Below are positions 37,183 to 46,040 of a stretch of 62,404 nucleotides of DNA, in pieces. Position 1 is the first letter of the stretch. The number at the start of each line of letters is the position of its first letter. This stretch comes from Terriglobales bacterium (lineage in GTDB: Bacteria > Acidobacteriota > Terriglobia > Terriglobales > Acidobacteriaceae). Made by a program: the position numbers and the translations under genes. Location: the NCBI GenBank assembly GCA_035277605.1, contig DATEKE010000237.1, positions 1 to 62,404 of the forward strand, written 5' to 3'. A model generated the notes under the pieces. That model worked only from the letters and a program-made list of their open reading frames with translations. It searched no databases and was not told the DNA's origin.

Positions 37183-39060
37183 ATGGCCACATCTGCCGAA
37201 GCAGCACATCTTCCCGATCTCAAGAACGAACGTCGCAGCGCCTGGCGAAAGGCTGTGCCGGCGCGCAGCCGTATTGAGCTCTCTCCGGGCCACGGCGCCT
37301 CGGCTCGCGACATCAGCGAAGGCGGCGTAAGCCTGTTTGGAAGGGCAGATCTGGATGTCGGCAGCGAGACCCAACTGCGCTTTATCCTGCCCGGTTCCGA
37401 CACGCAGATCGAAGCCTCAGGCGTAGTCGCCTGGAGTGACGAGCTGGCAACCGGCATCCGTTTCATACACATCAACATCGACTCGCTCACCGCACTTCAG
37501 AGCTGGCTCGAGAGCTCGCCTGAGCACGAGGACGACTCCGCGAACCTGCGCGCCGACGCGGTACTGGCAGCCAAAGTCGCCTGCCTGCGTGAGATCGCCG
37601 ATCTTCAGGCGCAGATCTCCTCCAACGATCTCGATTCCGATGCCGCTCTCGCGCTGATCGTGCGCCGTCTCGCCGAACTCACACGCGCGACTGGGTCTGC
37701 CATCGCCTTGCGCGATGGGCAACAAGTAGTCTGCCGTGCGTCATACGGCAATGCGCCCGATGTGGGCGTGCAGCTCTCGCAATCATCGCTCTCCGGCGAG
37801 TGCTTGCGCACTGCCAACGTCGTCTTGTTGCGCGATTCAGAAACCGATCCGCGAGTAGATGCCGCTATCTGTCGTCAGCTGAATTTCCGTTCGCTGCTCA
37901 TTGTTCCGGTGCTCTCCAATGGAAAGCCGGCCGGAATCGCCGAAGTGCTCTCTGCCAATCCGGGAAATTTCGAAGGCACCGACATTCTCGTAGTCAGCTT
38001 CATCGCCGACCTTATCGCCGGCGTCGCGGTGCCTGCAGAGCAGAGCGAAGCTGCGCCTGTTGAGCGCCGTACCAGCTTCGATCCATTGGTTGAGCCCGAT
38101 CTGCCGACTCCGCAAATCGCGATGGAGGTCCCGATTCCCGCGGCTCCCGTCGCAACTCCGGTCCCAGTAGTGAGAGAAGTTCAGCCCGCGATTGCGCATG
38201 CGCGAGAGGTCTCGATTCCTGCGCCGATGTCGATGCCGGTTCGATCCATACCGGCATCTTCGACCGCATCCGCTCCGCAACCCGCGCGCCCTACGGTGCC
38301 GGCCCATGCGCCCGAATTTCACGAGGAAACACATCCGATCACCCCTGCTACGGATCAGCAGCGGCGGGTATATTTCGCCATAGCTCTGGTCGCGATTCTG
38401 CTGATTGTGATTGCGACATTCACGATCATGCGCCTCCGCAAGCCTGCGCAAAGCCCGCGGCTTGCGCCCAGCACAACTGCCACGACAACTTTAGGCCCTG
38501 CGACATCAGCAATCACGCAACCCACGTCAACTGTGGTGGTGGAAGCTCCTAAGAGCGAGCCGAAGAAACCCAGCCCTGCTCCAACCCACTCAGCCAAGAT
38601 CTCCTCAGATTCCCATAATGAACCAGCAACACAGGAGGTCGCCGTTCGCGAGACCACGCAGACACCCTCCCCCAGCGATGCTCCACCCCCCGCGCCTTCT
38701 CTCGGCCAACTCTCAGCCGCATCGTCTGCGAATCTGGCCGCCGCGATCGTCGCCACCAACACCCCAACGCCTGGGCTGACACTGCCCCAATCGCGCGGCG
38801 TAATTGAAGGAAAACTGATCCGGAAGGTACTGCCACAGTATCCCGAAATGGCACGACGTGCCGGCGTAGGCGGCGATATTGTCCTGAGCGCCACGATCGG
38901 CACCGACGGAAAGCTGAAGAACATTCGCGTCGTCAGTGGCAGCCCATTGCTACGGGAAGCAGCCGTCTCGGCAGCTAAGCAATGGCGCTATTCCCCATAT
39001 CTGCTGGGTGGAAAGCCCGTCGAAACCGATACCCATATCACCATCAGTTTCAAGCATTAA
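37183..39060 (+). CDS. PilZ-GAF-TM-(Pro-rich spacer)-TonB_C multidomain protein
   Basis: PilZ motifs RRSAWR and DISEGG. GAF-like segment (ATGSAIALRDGQQVVCRASYG...LIVPVLSNGKPAGIAEVLS). TM helix VYFAIALVAILLIVIATFTIM. C-terminal TonB_C (LPQYPEMARRAGVGGDIVLSATIGTDGKLKNIRVVSG...AKQWRYSPY). Confidence 0.85.
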   Translation: MATSAEAAHLPDLKNERRSAWRKAVPARSRIELSPGHGASARDISEGGVSLFGRADLDVGSETQLRFILPGSDTQIEASGVVAWSDELATGIRFIHINIDSLTALQSWLESSPEHEDDSANLRADAVLAAKVACLREIADLQAQISSNDLDSDAALALIVRRLAELTRATGSAIALRDGQQVVCRASYGNAPDVGVQLSQSSLSGECLRTANVVLLRDSETDPRVDAAICRQLNFRSLLIVPVLSNGKPAGIAEVLSANPGNFEGTDILVVSFIADLIAGVAVPAEQSEAAPVERRTSFDPLVEPDLPTPQIAMEVPIPAAPVATPVPVVREVQPAIAHAREVSIPAPMSMPVRSIPASSTASAPQPARPTVPAHAPEFHEETHPITPATDQQRRVYFAIALVAILLIVIATFTIMRLRKPAQSPRLAPSTTATTTLGPATSAITQPTSTVVVEAPKSEPKKPSPAPTHSAKISSDSHNEPATQEVAVRETTQTPSPSDAPPPAPSLGQLSAASSANLAAAIVATNTPTPGLTLPQSRGVIEGKLIRKVLPQYPEMARRAGVGGDIVLSATIGTDGKLKNIRVVSGSPLLREAAVSAAKQWRYSPYLLGGKPVETDTHITISFKH

Positions 39061-39161
39061 TCGTAGCTTGTCGCAAGCTGTACAGCACAGATACGAAGCT
39101 CCTTAAAGAGACGGCGCATCAAGCCTGAGTTAATCCAGACTGGCTCCTTCGCCGCTGCCAT

Positions 39162-39698
39162 CTAAAGCTTCATTTCCATAAACACGTTGGCGCGAGCATA
39201 CGGCGATGGGATTACCTGGTCGGGCGAAACGTGCTCGAAGCCGACGGACTCATAGAGGTGAATCGCATTTGCCAGCTTACGATTGGTTTCCAGATATAAG
39301 CGCGAGGCACCCAATCTTCTGGCTTCGCTAATTGCATACTGGAGCAGTTTGCGACCAATTCCCTTCCCACGCAGATGTTCGGAAACTGCCATTTTGGCGA
39401 GCTCAAATCCCTCCGGCTCCATCGGTAGCAGGGCGCCGCAACCCACCGCCACTTCACCGGCCATCGCCATCAATAGCTGCCCGCCAAGTCGGAGGACGTT
39501 GTGCACGGGATCGTTCAAAACCTTACGATCCGCTTCCTCGATGATGAAGTATTTGGCAATCCACGCCTCGTTTAATTCCCGGAATGCAACTTCATCCCCG
39601 GCCTGAAATGGGCGGATCACCACCTCGGAAAATCCGGCGATCTGATCGGTATTCGTTACACCTGAACCCGAATGGCTATCTTGTACTGACGTTTCCAT
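39162..39698 (-). CDS. GNAT family N-acetyltransferase
   Basis: Acetyl-CoA motif RGKGIGRKLLQYAISEARRLG. Start moved to ATG 39698 to leave a promoter region for the divergent LysR gene. Confidence 0.82.
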   Translation of the reverse strand: METSVQDSHSGSGVTNTDQIAGFSEVVIRPFQAGDEVAFRELNEAWIAKYFIIEEADRKVLNDPVHNVLRLGGQLLMAMAGEVAVGCGALLPMEPEGFELAKMAVSEHLRGKGIGRKLLQYAISEARRLGASRLYLETNRKLANAIHLYESVGFEHVSPDQVIPSPYARANVFMEMKL

Positions 39699-39804
39699 AT
39701 CATGAAATCTACTGTTCGCTGATCCATATGTCCAATATCTTGTTGGTTGCGATTGATATATATTTCGTATTATTGAGCAGGGCAATCAGCCTCACTGGAT
39801 CTCC

Positions 39805-40725
39805 GTGTCCGATATCGAACTTCGACATCTTCGTTATTTCGTGGCGGTGGCCGAGGAGCTGCATTTTGGCCGTGCAGCGGAGCGTCTGCATTTGGCTCAA
39901 CCACCTTTGTCGCAACAGATTCGCAAGCTAGAAGAGATCGTTGGACATCCTCTGCTCACAAGGACCTCTCGCGCGGTAAAGCTCACGAGCGCAGGTGAGA
40001 GCTTCCTCAATCACGCACGCCGCACTCTCCGCAAAGTTGAAGACGATCTGGAAGAAGCTCGCAGCATAGGCCGCGGCGAAGTTGGATTTCTCAAAGTCGG
40101 CTTCATCGGATCGAGCATGCTCACCCGGTTACCGGCTGTGCTTGGTCGCTATCGCGCGCAGTTTCCCAAAGTGAACCTGCAGTTACGCGAGTTCCACACT
40201 TCGGGTGTGATCGACGGATTGCTCGAAAGTACGCTCGATGTCGGTTTTCTCCGCGACAGCGGACCCGTCGAAGGCCTCAAGGTTGAACTACTGTTTTCCG
40301 AACCATTCATCGCGGTAGTTCCCAGCAGGCATCTGCTGGCGCGCCGCAAGACGCTATCTGGCGCCGAGTTGCGCGATGAGCCTTTTGTTTTCTTCAGCCC
40401 GCTGGCAAGTCAGCGCGCCTACGAAAAAACCGTTTCTATCTGCGAAGCGCACGGGTACCACCCGCAGGTTGTTCAGGAAGCGCCACAATGGCTGACGATT
40501 CTGCGCCTGGTCGGCGCGGGGCTCGGAGTGACCATCGCCCCAGCTTGCGTCCAGCGCATCGCCACACCCGACGTCTCATGCAAGAGGCTGACGTTCTCGC
40601 CGGCCGGAAATCGCGTGTCCAGCGACATCGAACTCGCCGTTCGAGTCGACGAGAGCCGAGCCATCCTTAAGACTTTTTGCACTCTGGTGCGAAGCAATCT
40701 CGCGCAGCGCATGTTTCAACCTTAG
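39805..40725 (+). CDS. LysR-family transcriptional regulator
   Basis: GTG start. HTH LRYFVAVAEELHFGRAAERLHLAQPPLSQQIRKLEE. Confidence 0.92.
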   Translation: MSDIELRHLRYFVAVAEELHFGRAAERLHLAQPPLSQQIRKLEEIVGHPLLTRTSRAVKLTSAGESFLNHARRTLRKVEDDLEEARSIGRGEVGFLKVGFIGSSMLTRLPAVLGRYRAQFPKVNLQLREFHTSGVIDGLLESTLDVGFLRDSGPVEGLKVELLFSEPFIAVVPSRHLLARRKTLSGAELRDEPFVFFSPLASQRAYEKTVSICEAHGYHPQVVQEAPQWLTILRLVGAGLGVTIAPACVQRIATPDVSCKRLTFSPAGNRVSSDIELAVRVDESRAILKTFCTLVRSNLAQRMFQP

Positions 40726-40872
40726 GCGGCTCGCTTCAAGCAAGGCATGGGGCGAGCAAAGCAGGATCGCTGATTTGGGAATCGTCAAATATAAGACCGA
40801 GTGCTGAATGCGCTTTTTGCTGTTTCCATTGATTTGTTTTTTAGCCGGGTGCCCGGGACCGGAAACCAGTAG

Positions 40873-41883
40873 CTATTGCCGCGCCGTTAAGCTTCGAGGC
40901 TTCGCGGCTTCAGACCTGCGCAGCTTCTGTTCCGAATCCCTCAACTGCCCGTCCAGCTTGAACGCGAACTCGGCGATCGAGTGTCCCGTAATGGGATTCC
41001 ACGTTGGGAACAGGTTGTACCTGATCTGCCGAATCGTTGGCGACCTCCGTCGCGGAGGAACGAACAGACTCACAATGGACCGGAGAAAGGCCAGAATCTC
41101 TCCGCGCTCAAAGATGCGGTCGATATCGAGCTGCTGGACATTCACTTCGCGAACACTCTTCCGTACGCTGTAAAAGCCGGTTACCGGCGAGGGATCGATG
41201 GCGTACACCTTCTCAACCCGCGGCACCGCGTAGGTGATCGGCAGAGAGTAAGCAAATTCCTGCGCCAGACCTCCGCCGAGCGAGTGTCCAGTGGAGAACA
41301 GGTGGACGTGCTCCACCGGCGGCCATCCCGCCTCGTGCACCTTCTCCGCATACTCTTGCTCGAATGCCCGGCCAAATGTCTTCACGATCACCGTGTACTC
41401 ATCGTCCTGGTGAGGGAAAAACCAGCGCAGATTCGCTTTCCAGTCCTTGATATTGGTAAAGACAGTTCCACCGAAAGCGACGGCAATCTTCTTCTCCTCG
41501 ACATGCCACCAAACCTCGGCACGCAGATGCACTTTCTGGATTTGAGCATGCAGCGCGGAGCCGCCGAAATCCGGCCATCTCGCCCAGCCGCGCTGCTGGA
41601 GAGCAGAGTCCGGATCAAGCGACACGCCGGCTTTCACTTGCTTCGCATCCGGCTTGCGCTCATAAGCGGCCTGACTGAGCAAAGCAAACGGCAGGTCCTC
41701 GCGACCGATCCTCTCGAGCGGCTCCGGCGCCCCAAACATGCGCTGACCAGGACCACGAACCACAACCTCATCAGGCCTCTGCCGAAATGCCGGCCGCATC
41801 GCCACCCGCAGAAAGGCCAATACACCGATGACAGCGAGGATCGTAAGCACGGTTAAAAGCAAGCTCACGGCGAGATCCCCCAC
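40873..41883 (-). CDS. Membrane-anchored alpha/beta hydrolase, class 3 lipase-like
   Basis: N-terminal TM helix (LAVSLLLTVLTILAVIGVLAFL) and nucleophile elbow GHSLGGGLA. Confidence 0.75.
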   Translation of the reverse strand: MGDLAVSLLLTVLTILAVIGVLAFLRVAMRPAFRQRPDEVVVRGPGQRMFGAPEPLERIGREDLPFALLSQAAYERKPDAKQVKAGVSLDPDSALQQRGWARWPDFGGSALHAQIQKVHLRAEVWWHVEEKKIAVAFGGTVFTNIKDWKANLRWFFPHQDDEYTVIVKTFGRAFEQEYAEKVHEAGWPPVEHVHLFSTGHSLGGGLAQEFAYSLPITYAVPRVEKVYAIDPSPVTGFYSVRKSVREVNVQQLDIDRIFERGEILAFLRSIVSLFVPPRRRSPTIRQIRYNLFPTWNPITGHSIAEFAFKLDGQLRDSEQKLRRSEAAKPRSLTARQ

Positions 41884-41988
41884 AAAGCTGCGAAGCTTCT
41901 AAGTTGCTGAGCAAGACTAGCACGCAAGAAAGGAACCAGAAAAAGGAGTCTGACCGGCGGAGAGAGGTTTCTGTCATAATCTCAACGC

Positions 41989-42162
41989 ATGTGGGATTCG
42001 ATCACTCACGTCCTTTCGCGTGTCCTCACGATCGCCTGGTTCGCAGGTGCGGTGCTGATGATCCTCACGATTCCAGCTTGCGCCGTGAAGATCTTTTCGG
42101 CGCTGTGGGAAGGTAATGACGAAGAGGATCAGGCGGTGTACGAGGGCGTGCGCAAGAAGTGA
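41989..42162 (+). CDS. Tiny membrane protein (57 aa), below the ORF-track cutoff
   Basis: Own translation MWDSITHVLSRVLTIAWFAGAVLMILTIPACAVKIFSALWEGNDEEDQAVYEGVRKK. Strong third-position GC and one TM helix. No clear RBS. Confidence 0.4.
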   Translation: MWDSITHVLSRVLTIAWFAGAVLMILTIPACAVKIFSALWEGNDEEDQAVYEGVRKK

Positions 42163-42168
42163 TTCTGC

Positions 42169-42444
42169 TTATCGGATCCAGTGGTGCTGCAGCGATGCGC
42201 GGATCGCGTTGCCGATAAAGATGAAACATCCGAGCGCGGCGCCAAGTGCCCAGAGAGATCCGATGATCTTCCCCAAGGCTAGTGTCAGGCGATGGTACGG
42301 CTTGAGGTACGGATTGAACTGATCCCAAAAACCGGCCGGATTGCGAAAGATACACACGCCTGTCAGCAGAACGGTGAAACAGATCGCGCTAAAGACCACG
42401 TTCATCAGCGCTCCCGCTCGAAAAAGCTCATCGAAGCTCACCAC
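42169..42444 (-). CDS. Small two-TM membrane protein
   Basis: Two hydrophobic helices and coding-like codon usage. The likely true start is ATG 42405 (GGGAG 5 nt upstream), giving 78 aa. Confidence 0.55.
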   Translation of the reverse strand: MVSFDELFRAGALMNVVFSAICFTVLLTGVCIFRNPAGFWDQFNPYLKPYHRLTLALGKIIGSLWALGAALGCFIFIGNAIRASLQHHWIR

Positions 42445-42643
42445 TCCAGTTCAATCCGAGCGCAATAAGTGTTTGATCAGCGCAAGATAAAGAATTCGTA
42501 AAGGACGAGCTGAGAGTGGCCAGAGCGCCAGGCAGCGCGGGAATATTGCTGCCGTGCTTAGAAGCTCAGAAATAAAAAGGGGCCAGCCCGAATTTGCATT
42601 CAGGATGGCCCTTCCGGGGCTTCCTCGGGGTGTCGAGGAAGAC

Positions 42644-43372
42644 TTACCGGCTGTTGGGGGCAGCCGGGGTAACGTTTTGCGCCGAGGTGTCGCCCTGCAC
42701 GTTAGTCATGAGCTGGACATCGACACGGCGATTCTTCGCGCGTCCTTCTGACGATTTGTTGCTGGCAACTTCTTTGTCCTCGCCAAGCCCTGCGACGTAG
42801 ATCTTGTAGGCCGGAACGTTGTACTGCGTCGCGAGATACTGCACCACTGCTGCGGCGCGCATCTGGCTGAGCTTGTAGTTGTACTGTGCACTGCCTACGG
42901 AATCGGTTCCACCGTACAGCTGGACCACGTATCCCTTAGTATTTGGAATGTCATTACCAAGCTGATCGAGCGCTTCCTTGGCTTTCTTGCTGAGCACTGC
43001 GCTGTTAAAGGCAAAGTGAACTGACGTTTCTGCGACCGGACGATAATTGTCGAGGTTGGCAACAGTGTTGGTGAGCACATCGACTCTGCCTGCGGTCTGA
43101 TTCGCTGCTTGCTGCGCTTGGTCGGCAGCCTGTCCGGCAGCCTGAGCTTTCTGATCGACGGCGGCGGTTTTCGCGTTTACGCCAGCGATTCCCTGCTGCG
43201 CACGGGTGTCGACATCTCGGATGTCGCGTGAGTTCTTCGCGGTGAGGTCATCGAGTTCGTTGGTTTTGTTGATGATGGGCGCAGTCTCGTTGCGCACATA
43301 CTTCTTGGTGGAGCAGCCTGCGCTTAGCAGCATGGCCGCGCCCGTGATTCCGACAATGAATAAGCGGTTCAT
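42644..43372 (-). CDS. OmpA-family lipoprotein with a coiled-coil spacer
   Basis: Lipobox LLSAGC. Gln/Ala-rich coiled coil. OmpA_C peptidoglycan-binding domain (GGTDSVGSAQYNYKLSQMRAAAV...NRRVDV). Confidence 0.9.
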   Translation of the reverse strand: MNRLFIVGITGAAMLLSAGCSTKKYVRNETAPIINKTNELDDLTAKNSRDIRDVDTRAQQGIAGVNAKTAAVDQKAQAAGQAADQAQQAANQTAGRVDVLTNTVANLDNYRPVAETSVHFAFNSAVLSKKAKEALDQLGNDIPNTKGYVVQLYGGTDSVGSAQYNYKLSQMRAAAVVQYLATQYNVPAYKIYVAGLGEDKEVASNKSSEGRAKNRRVDVQLMTNVQGDTSAQNVTPAAPNSR

Positions 43373-43557
43373 TTCTCTTTCAATCTCCTTAACCCCTGCA
43401 GCCCCGGACCTTCAGCTTTGGGGGGACGAAATGGTTCGTCAACGCACGCTGACAAACTTCTCGCATTGTCCAAGAGCAACGGTGCTGCCAATCATGAGTA
43501 AGCTGTGCGGGAGTGCGGACTGCGTGTTTTCAGCAGGTTAGCGCGAGGAAATCAGCA

Positions 43558-43577
43558 GCAACTCTGGGCAACTCTGG
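43558..43577. repeat. Perfect tandem direct repeat GCAACTCTGG x2
   Basis: Read directly in the 427-bp non-coding region between the divergent OmpA-like and BON genes. The 10-bp period is one helical turn. Confidence 0.9.
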
Positions 43578-43799
43578 TGCGAGCAGCGCGGAAATGCTTC
43601 AGCCATAGAATTTTTACTCGGCACATGTTGGCGTGTTTCGAGCGGCAGCTCTGGCTCGACCGACTCGCCAGTGTGGCCTCAGCCCTCCCGCCGCTTGGCT
43701 TCGGCATCTTTTGTGGTTGCTCCACTTTGTCCAAAGATCCAGGCCGGCTGAGCCGCACTGGATGAATCTACAACAGAACTTCTTGGGAGGAGAGACCCT

Positions 43800-44366
43800 A
43801 TGCGCATTACCCGCGCTTTCGCATTACTCGCAATTCTTGCGGCGGTGTTCACCATCGCCTGCTCGCAACAAAAGGCCAATGCCCCGGATGTGAGCGATCA
43901 AATTAAAGACTCGCTCAAAGCCAATAACCTGAGCGACGTGAAGGTCAACGAAGATCGCGACAAGGGCGTGATCACCCTCTCCGGCGACGTGAAAGATGAG
44001 CAGGCCAAGGCACAAGCGGAAGACATCGCCAAGCAGAACGCCGGCGGTCTGATCGTAGCCAATGAAATCGGTGTCCGTCCTGCTGGAGCCGAGGGGGAAG
44101 CGAATAAAGTCGACAATAACCTGGATAAAGGAATTGAAGATAACCTTCGCGCCGCGATTACAGCAAAGGGCATGGACAACCAGCACATCCGCTTCGACTC
44201 GAAGAATGGCGTCGTCACTTTGAAGGGCGACGTGGATAGTGCCGGTCAGCGGCAGGCTGCGGAAAAGATGGCTGCCGGAATTCCCAACGTGTCGCAGGTC
44301 GTCAACGAACTGCAAGTTAAAGGAGCGAAAAAGAACCGCCGTCAGGCAGCTTCTTCGGGCGAATAA
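43800..44366 (+). CDS. BON-domain lipoprotein (two BON domains, OsmY-like)
   Basis: Lipobox FTIAC. Two repeats of the pattern ...V..GVITLSGDV.... GGAGG RBS. Confidence 0.85.
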   Translation: MRITRAFALLAILAAVFTIACSQQKANAPDVSDQIKDSLKANNLSDVKVNEDRDKGVITLSGDVKDEQAKAQAEDIAKQNAGGLIVANEIGVRPAGAEGEANKVDNNLDKGIEDNLRAAITAKGMDNQHIRFDSKNGVVTLKGDVDSAGQRQAAEKMAAGIPNVSQVVNELQVKGAKKNRRQAASSGE

Positions 44367-44392
44367 GTCGCACAAACTCAGGCTCGGATACG

Positions 44393-44427
44393 AATGCCGT
44401 TCTGGAAATTCCCAGAACGGCATTTAT
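44393..44427 (+). terminator. Strong hairpin terminator (13-bp perfect stem AATGCCGTTCTGG / CCAGAACGGCATT, 6-nt loop) between convergent genes
   Basis: Read directly. Followed by TTAT on the plus strand. May act on both strands. Confidence 0.7.
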
Positions 44428-44437
44428 CAGTGTTGAA

Positions 44438-45190
44438 TTACCGAAGTCCGCCAGCGATTACAAGCGTTTCTCCCGTGATCCAGGACGCGTCACTCGACGC
44501 GAAGAATACCGCTGCAGGAGCAATGTCCTCTACCTCGCCGACTCGGCCAAGCGGAGTTTGAGCTTCGACCTGCTTGCGGAAGTCGCCGTTGGAAAATCCC
44601 GCAGCATGAACGCCCTCGGTCAGCACCATTCCAGGATTGATCGCGTTCACCCGAATCTTTCGAGGCCCCAGTTCTTTGGCGAGCGTTCTGGTGACAGCGT
44701 CCACCGCACCTTTTGTGCCCGTATACACCGCCGAGTTGGGTGGAGTGAACGTGCTCACAGCTGAACTGATGTTGATGATGCTGCCGCCTTCGGAACCAAA
44801 ATAACTTGCGGCTTCTTTCGATGCGAGAACTAGTCCGAGGACGTTGAGGTCGAATTGCTTATGAAACTGCTCCTCGGTCACTCCTTCGAGGGGCGCAAGT
44901 TCATAAACGCCGGCATTATTCACGAGAATGTCGACGCGTCCGAATGCCTTCTTCGCTTCCGCAAACAGCCGTTCGATCTCCTTCTGCCTCGAAACATTCG
45001 CCTGTACGGCGACCGCCTGCCCGCCGGCCGCTTTAATTTCGCTGACTACGCGGTCAGCACCTTCTTTACTGCTGGAATAATTCACCGCCACCGCGGCTCC
45101 CTCGGCAGCCAGGCTCTTTGCTATCGCGGCGCCAATTCCCTTTGACGCTCCGGTGACGATCGCAACTTTCCCTGCTAGCTTCTTTGCCAT
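44438..45190 (-). CDS. SDR family oxidoreductase (3-oxoacyl-ACP reductase-like)
   Basis: TGASKGIG and YTGTKGA motifs. Start moved to ATG 45190, preceded by AAGGAGGAAATT. Confidence 0.9.
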   Translation of the reverse strand: MAKKLAGKVAIVTGASKGIGAAIAKSLAAEGAAVAVNYSSSKEGADRVVSEIKAAGGQAVAVQANVSRQKEIERLFAEAKKAFGRVDILVNNAGVYELAPLEGVTEEQFHKQFDLNVLGLVLASKEAASYFGSEGGSIINISSAVSTFTPPNSAVYTGTKGAVDAVTRTLAKELGPRKIRVNAINPGMVLTEGVHAAGFSNGDFRKQVEAQTPLGRVGEVEDIAPAAVFFASSDASWITGETLVIAGGLR

Positions 45191-45218
45191 AATTTCCTCC
45201 TTTGCTCTTGCGAGCCGT

Positions 45219-45238
45219 TCTGTACTTCGCAGTACAGA
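45219..45238. promoter_or_regulatory. Palindrome TCTGTACT-tcgc-AGTACAGA, candidate TetR operator
   Basis: Perfect 8-bp arms in the divergent SDR/TetR intergenic region. Confidence 0.45.
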
Positions 45239-45295
45239 TGTAGCCACCCTGTGGAAAGCTTCACTTTCTGACTGATCGGTACAAAACTGATTAGA

Positions 45296-45925
45296 ATGAG
45301 TAATGTGGTGAAGAAACACAAAACGGCAGAGCTGGGCCGTCCGCGGTCGTTTGATCTGGACACGGCGCTCGATCGCGCGCTGCGGGTTTTTTGGAGAAAA
45401 GGGTATGAGGGAACTTCCCTTTCGGACCTGACGCGTGCCATGCGCATCAATCGTCCTAGCCTCTATGCGGCCTTCGGCGATAAGGAGTCTCTCTTTCGGA
45501 AGGCTTTGGACCGCTACATGGTTCGGGAGACGCGTTATTGGCAGAAGGCGATCGACGCGCCGACCGTCCGGGAATTTGTAGAGAAGTTGCTGCGGGGTGC
45601 TGCCGAGGCCATGTCACGCGCGGGCAGTCCGCGTGGATGCCTCCTGGTGCAGGGCGCACTCACCTGCAGCGCCGAAGCCGAGTCAGTTCGTAGAGAACTG
45701 AGCGCTCGACGGCAGGCGGGCGAAGCCGCCATCCGCGGTCGTTTGAAACTTGCAAAGAAGGAAGGCGATCTGCCCGCGGGAGCCGATCCAGGCACTCTCG
45801 CACGATACCTCACGACGGTTATGCAAGGAATGGCGGTACAGGCCGCGGGAGGCGCCAATCGGACAGAACTGCGGCGCGTTGCAGACACCGCGCTGAAATC
45901 CTGGTTTGGTCTAATCTCCTCGTAA
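45296..45925 (+). CDS. TetR/AcrR-family transcriptional regulator
   Basis: N-terminal HTH (ALRVFWRKGYEGTSLSDLTRAMRINRPSLYAAFGDKESLF). Confidence 0.9.
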   Translation: MSNVVKKHKTAELGRPRSFDLDTALDRALRVFWRKGYEGTSLSDLTRAMRINRPSLYAAFGDKESLFRKALDRYMVRETRYWQKAIDAPTVREFVEKLLRGAAEAMSRAGSPRGCLLVQGALTCSAEAESVRRELSARRQAGEAAIRGRLKLAKKEGDLPAGADPGTLARYLTTVMQGMAVQAAGGANRTELRRVADTALKSWFGLISS

Positions 45926-45985
45926 TTCCAAACACCGCCAGATCCGCCAAAACCGTCAAAGTGAATAGTGACCAGTTGATCAATA

Positions 45986-46040
45986 TTGACCTGCAGTCAT
46001 TTTCGTACTATTCTCTGGTTGAAAATTGACCGTTGGTCAT
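45986..46040. promoter_or_regulatory. Two copies of a 15-bp dyad, TTGACCtgcAGTCAT (45986-46000) and TTGACCgttGGTCAT (46026-46040), candidate operators of the second TetR
   Basis: Read directly. The copies are spaced 40 bp apart. The second overlaps the TTG start candidate and ends 1 nt before the ATG candidate (46042) of the TetR gene. Confidence 0.5.

Noticed and set aside
36664-37490. Two long minus-strand ORFs (236 and 174 aa)
   Set aside because: They overlap the intergenic region, the small coiled-coil ORF and the PilZ domain region of the TonB_C fusion. They are Arg/Cys/Gly-rich, and the plus-strand genes have clear domain motifs.
43620-43632. Sigma-54-like GGCAC-N6-GC element (GGCACATGTTGGC)
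   Set aside because: The GG-to-GC spacing is one base short of the TGGCAC-N5-TTGC consensus, and the -12 TTGC is not matched. No sigma-54 activator gene is adjacent.
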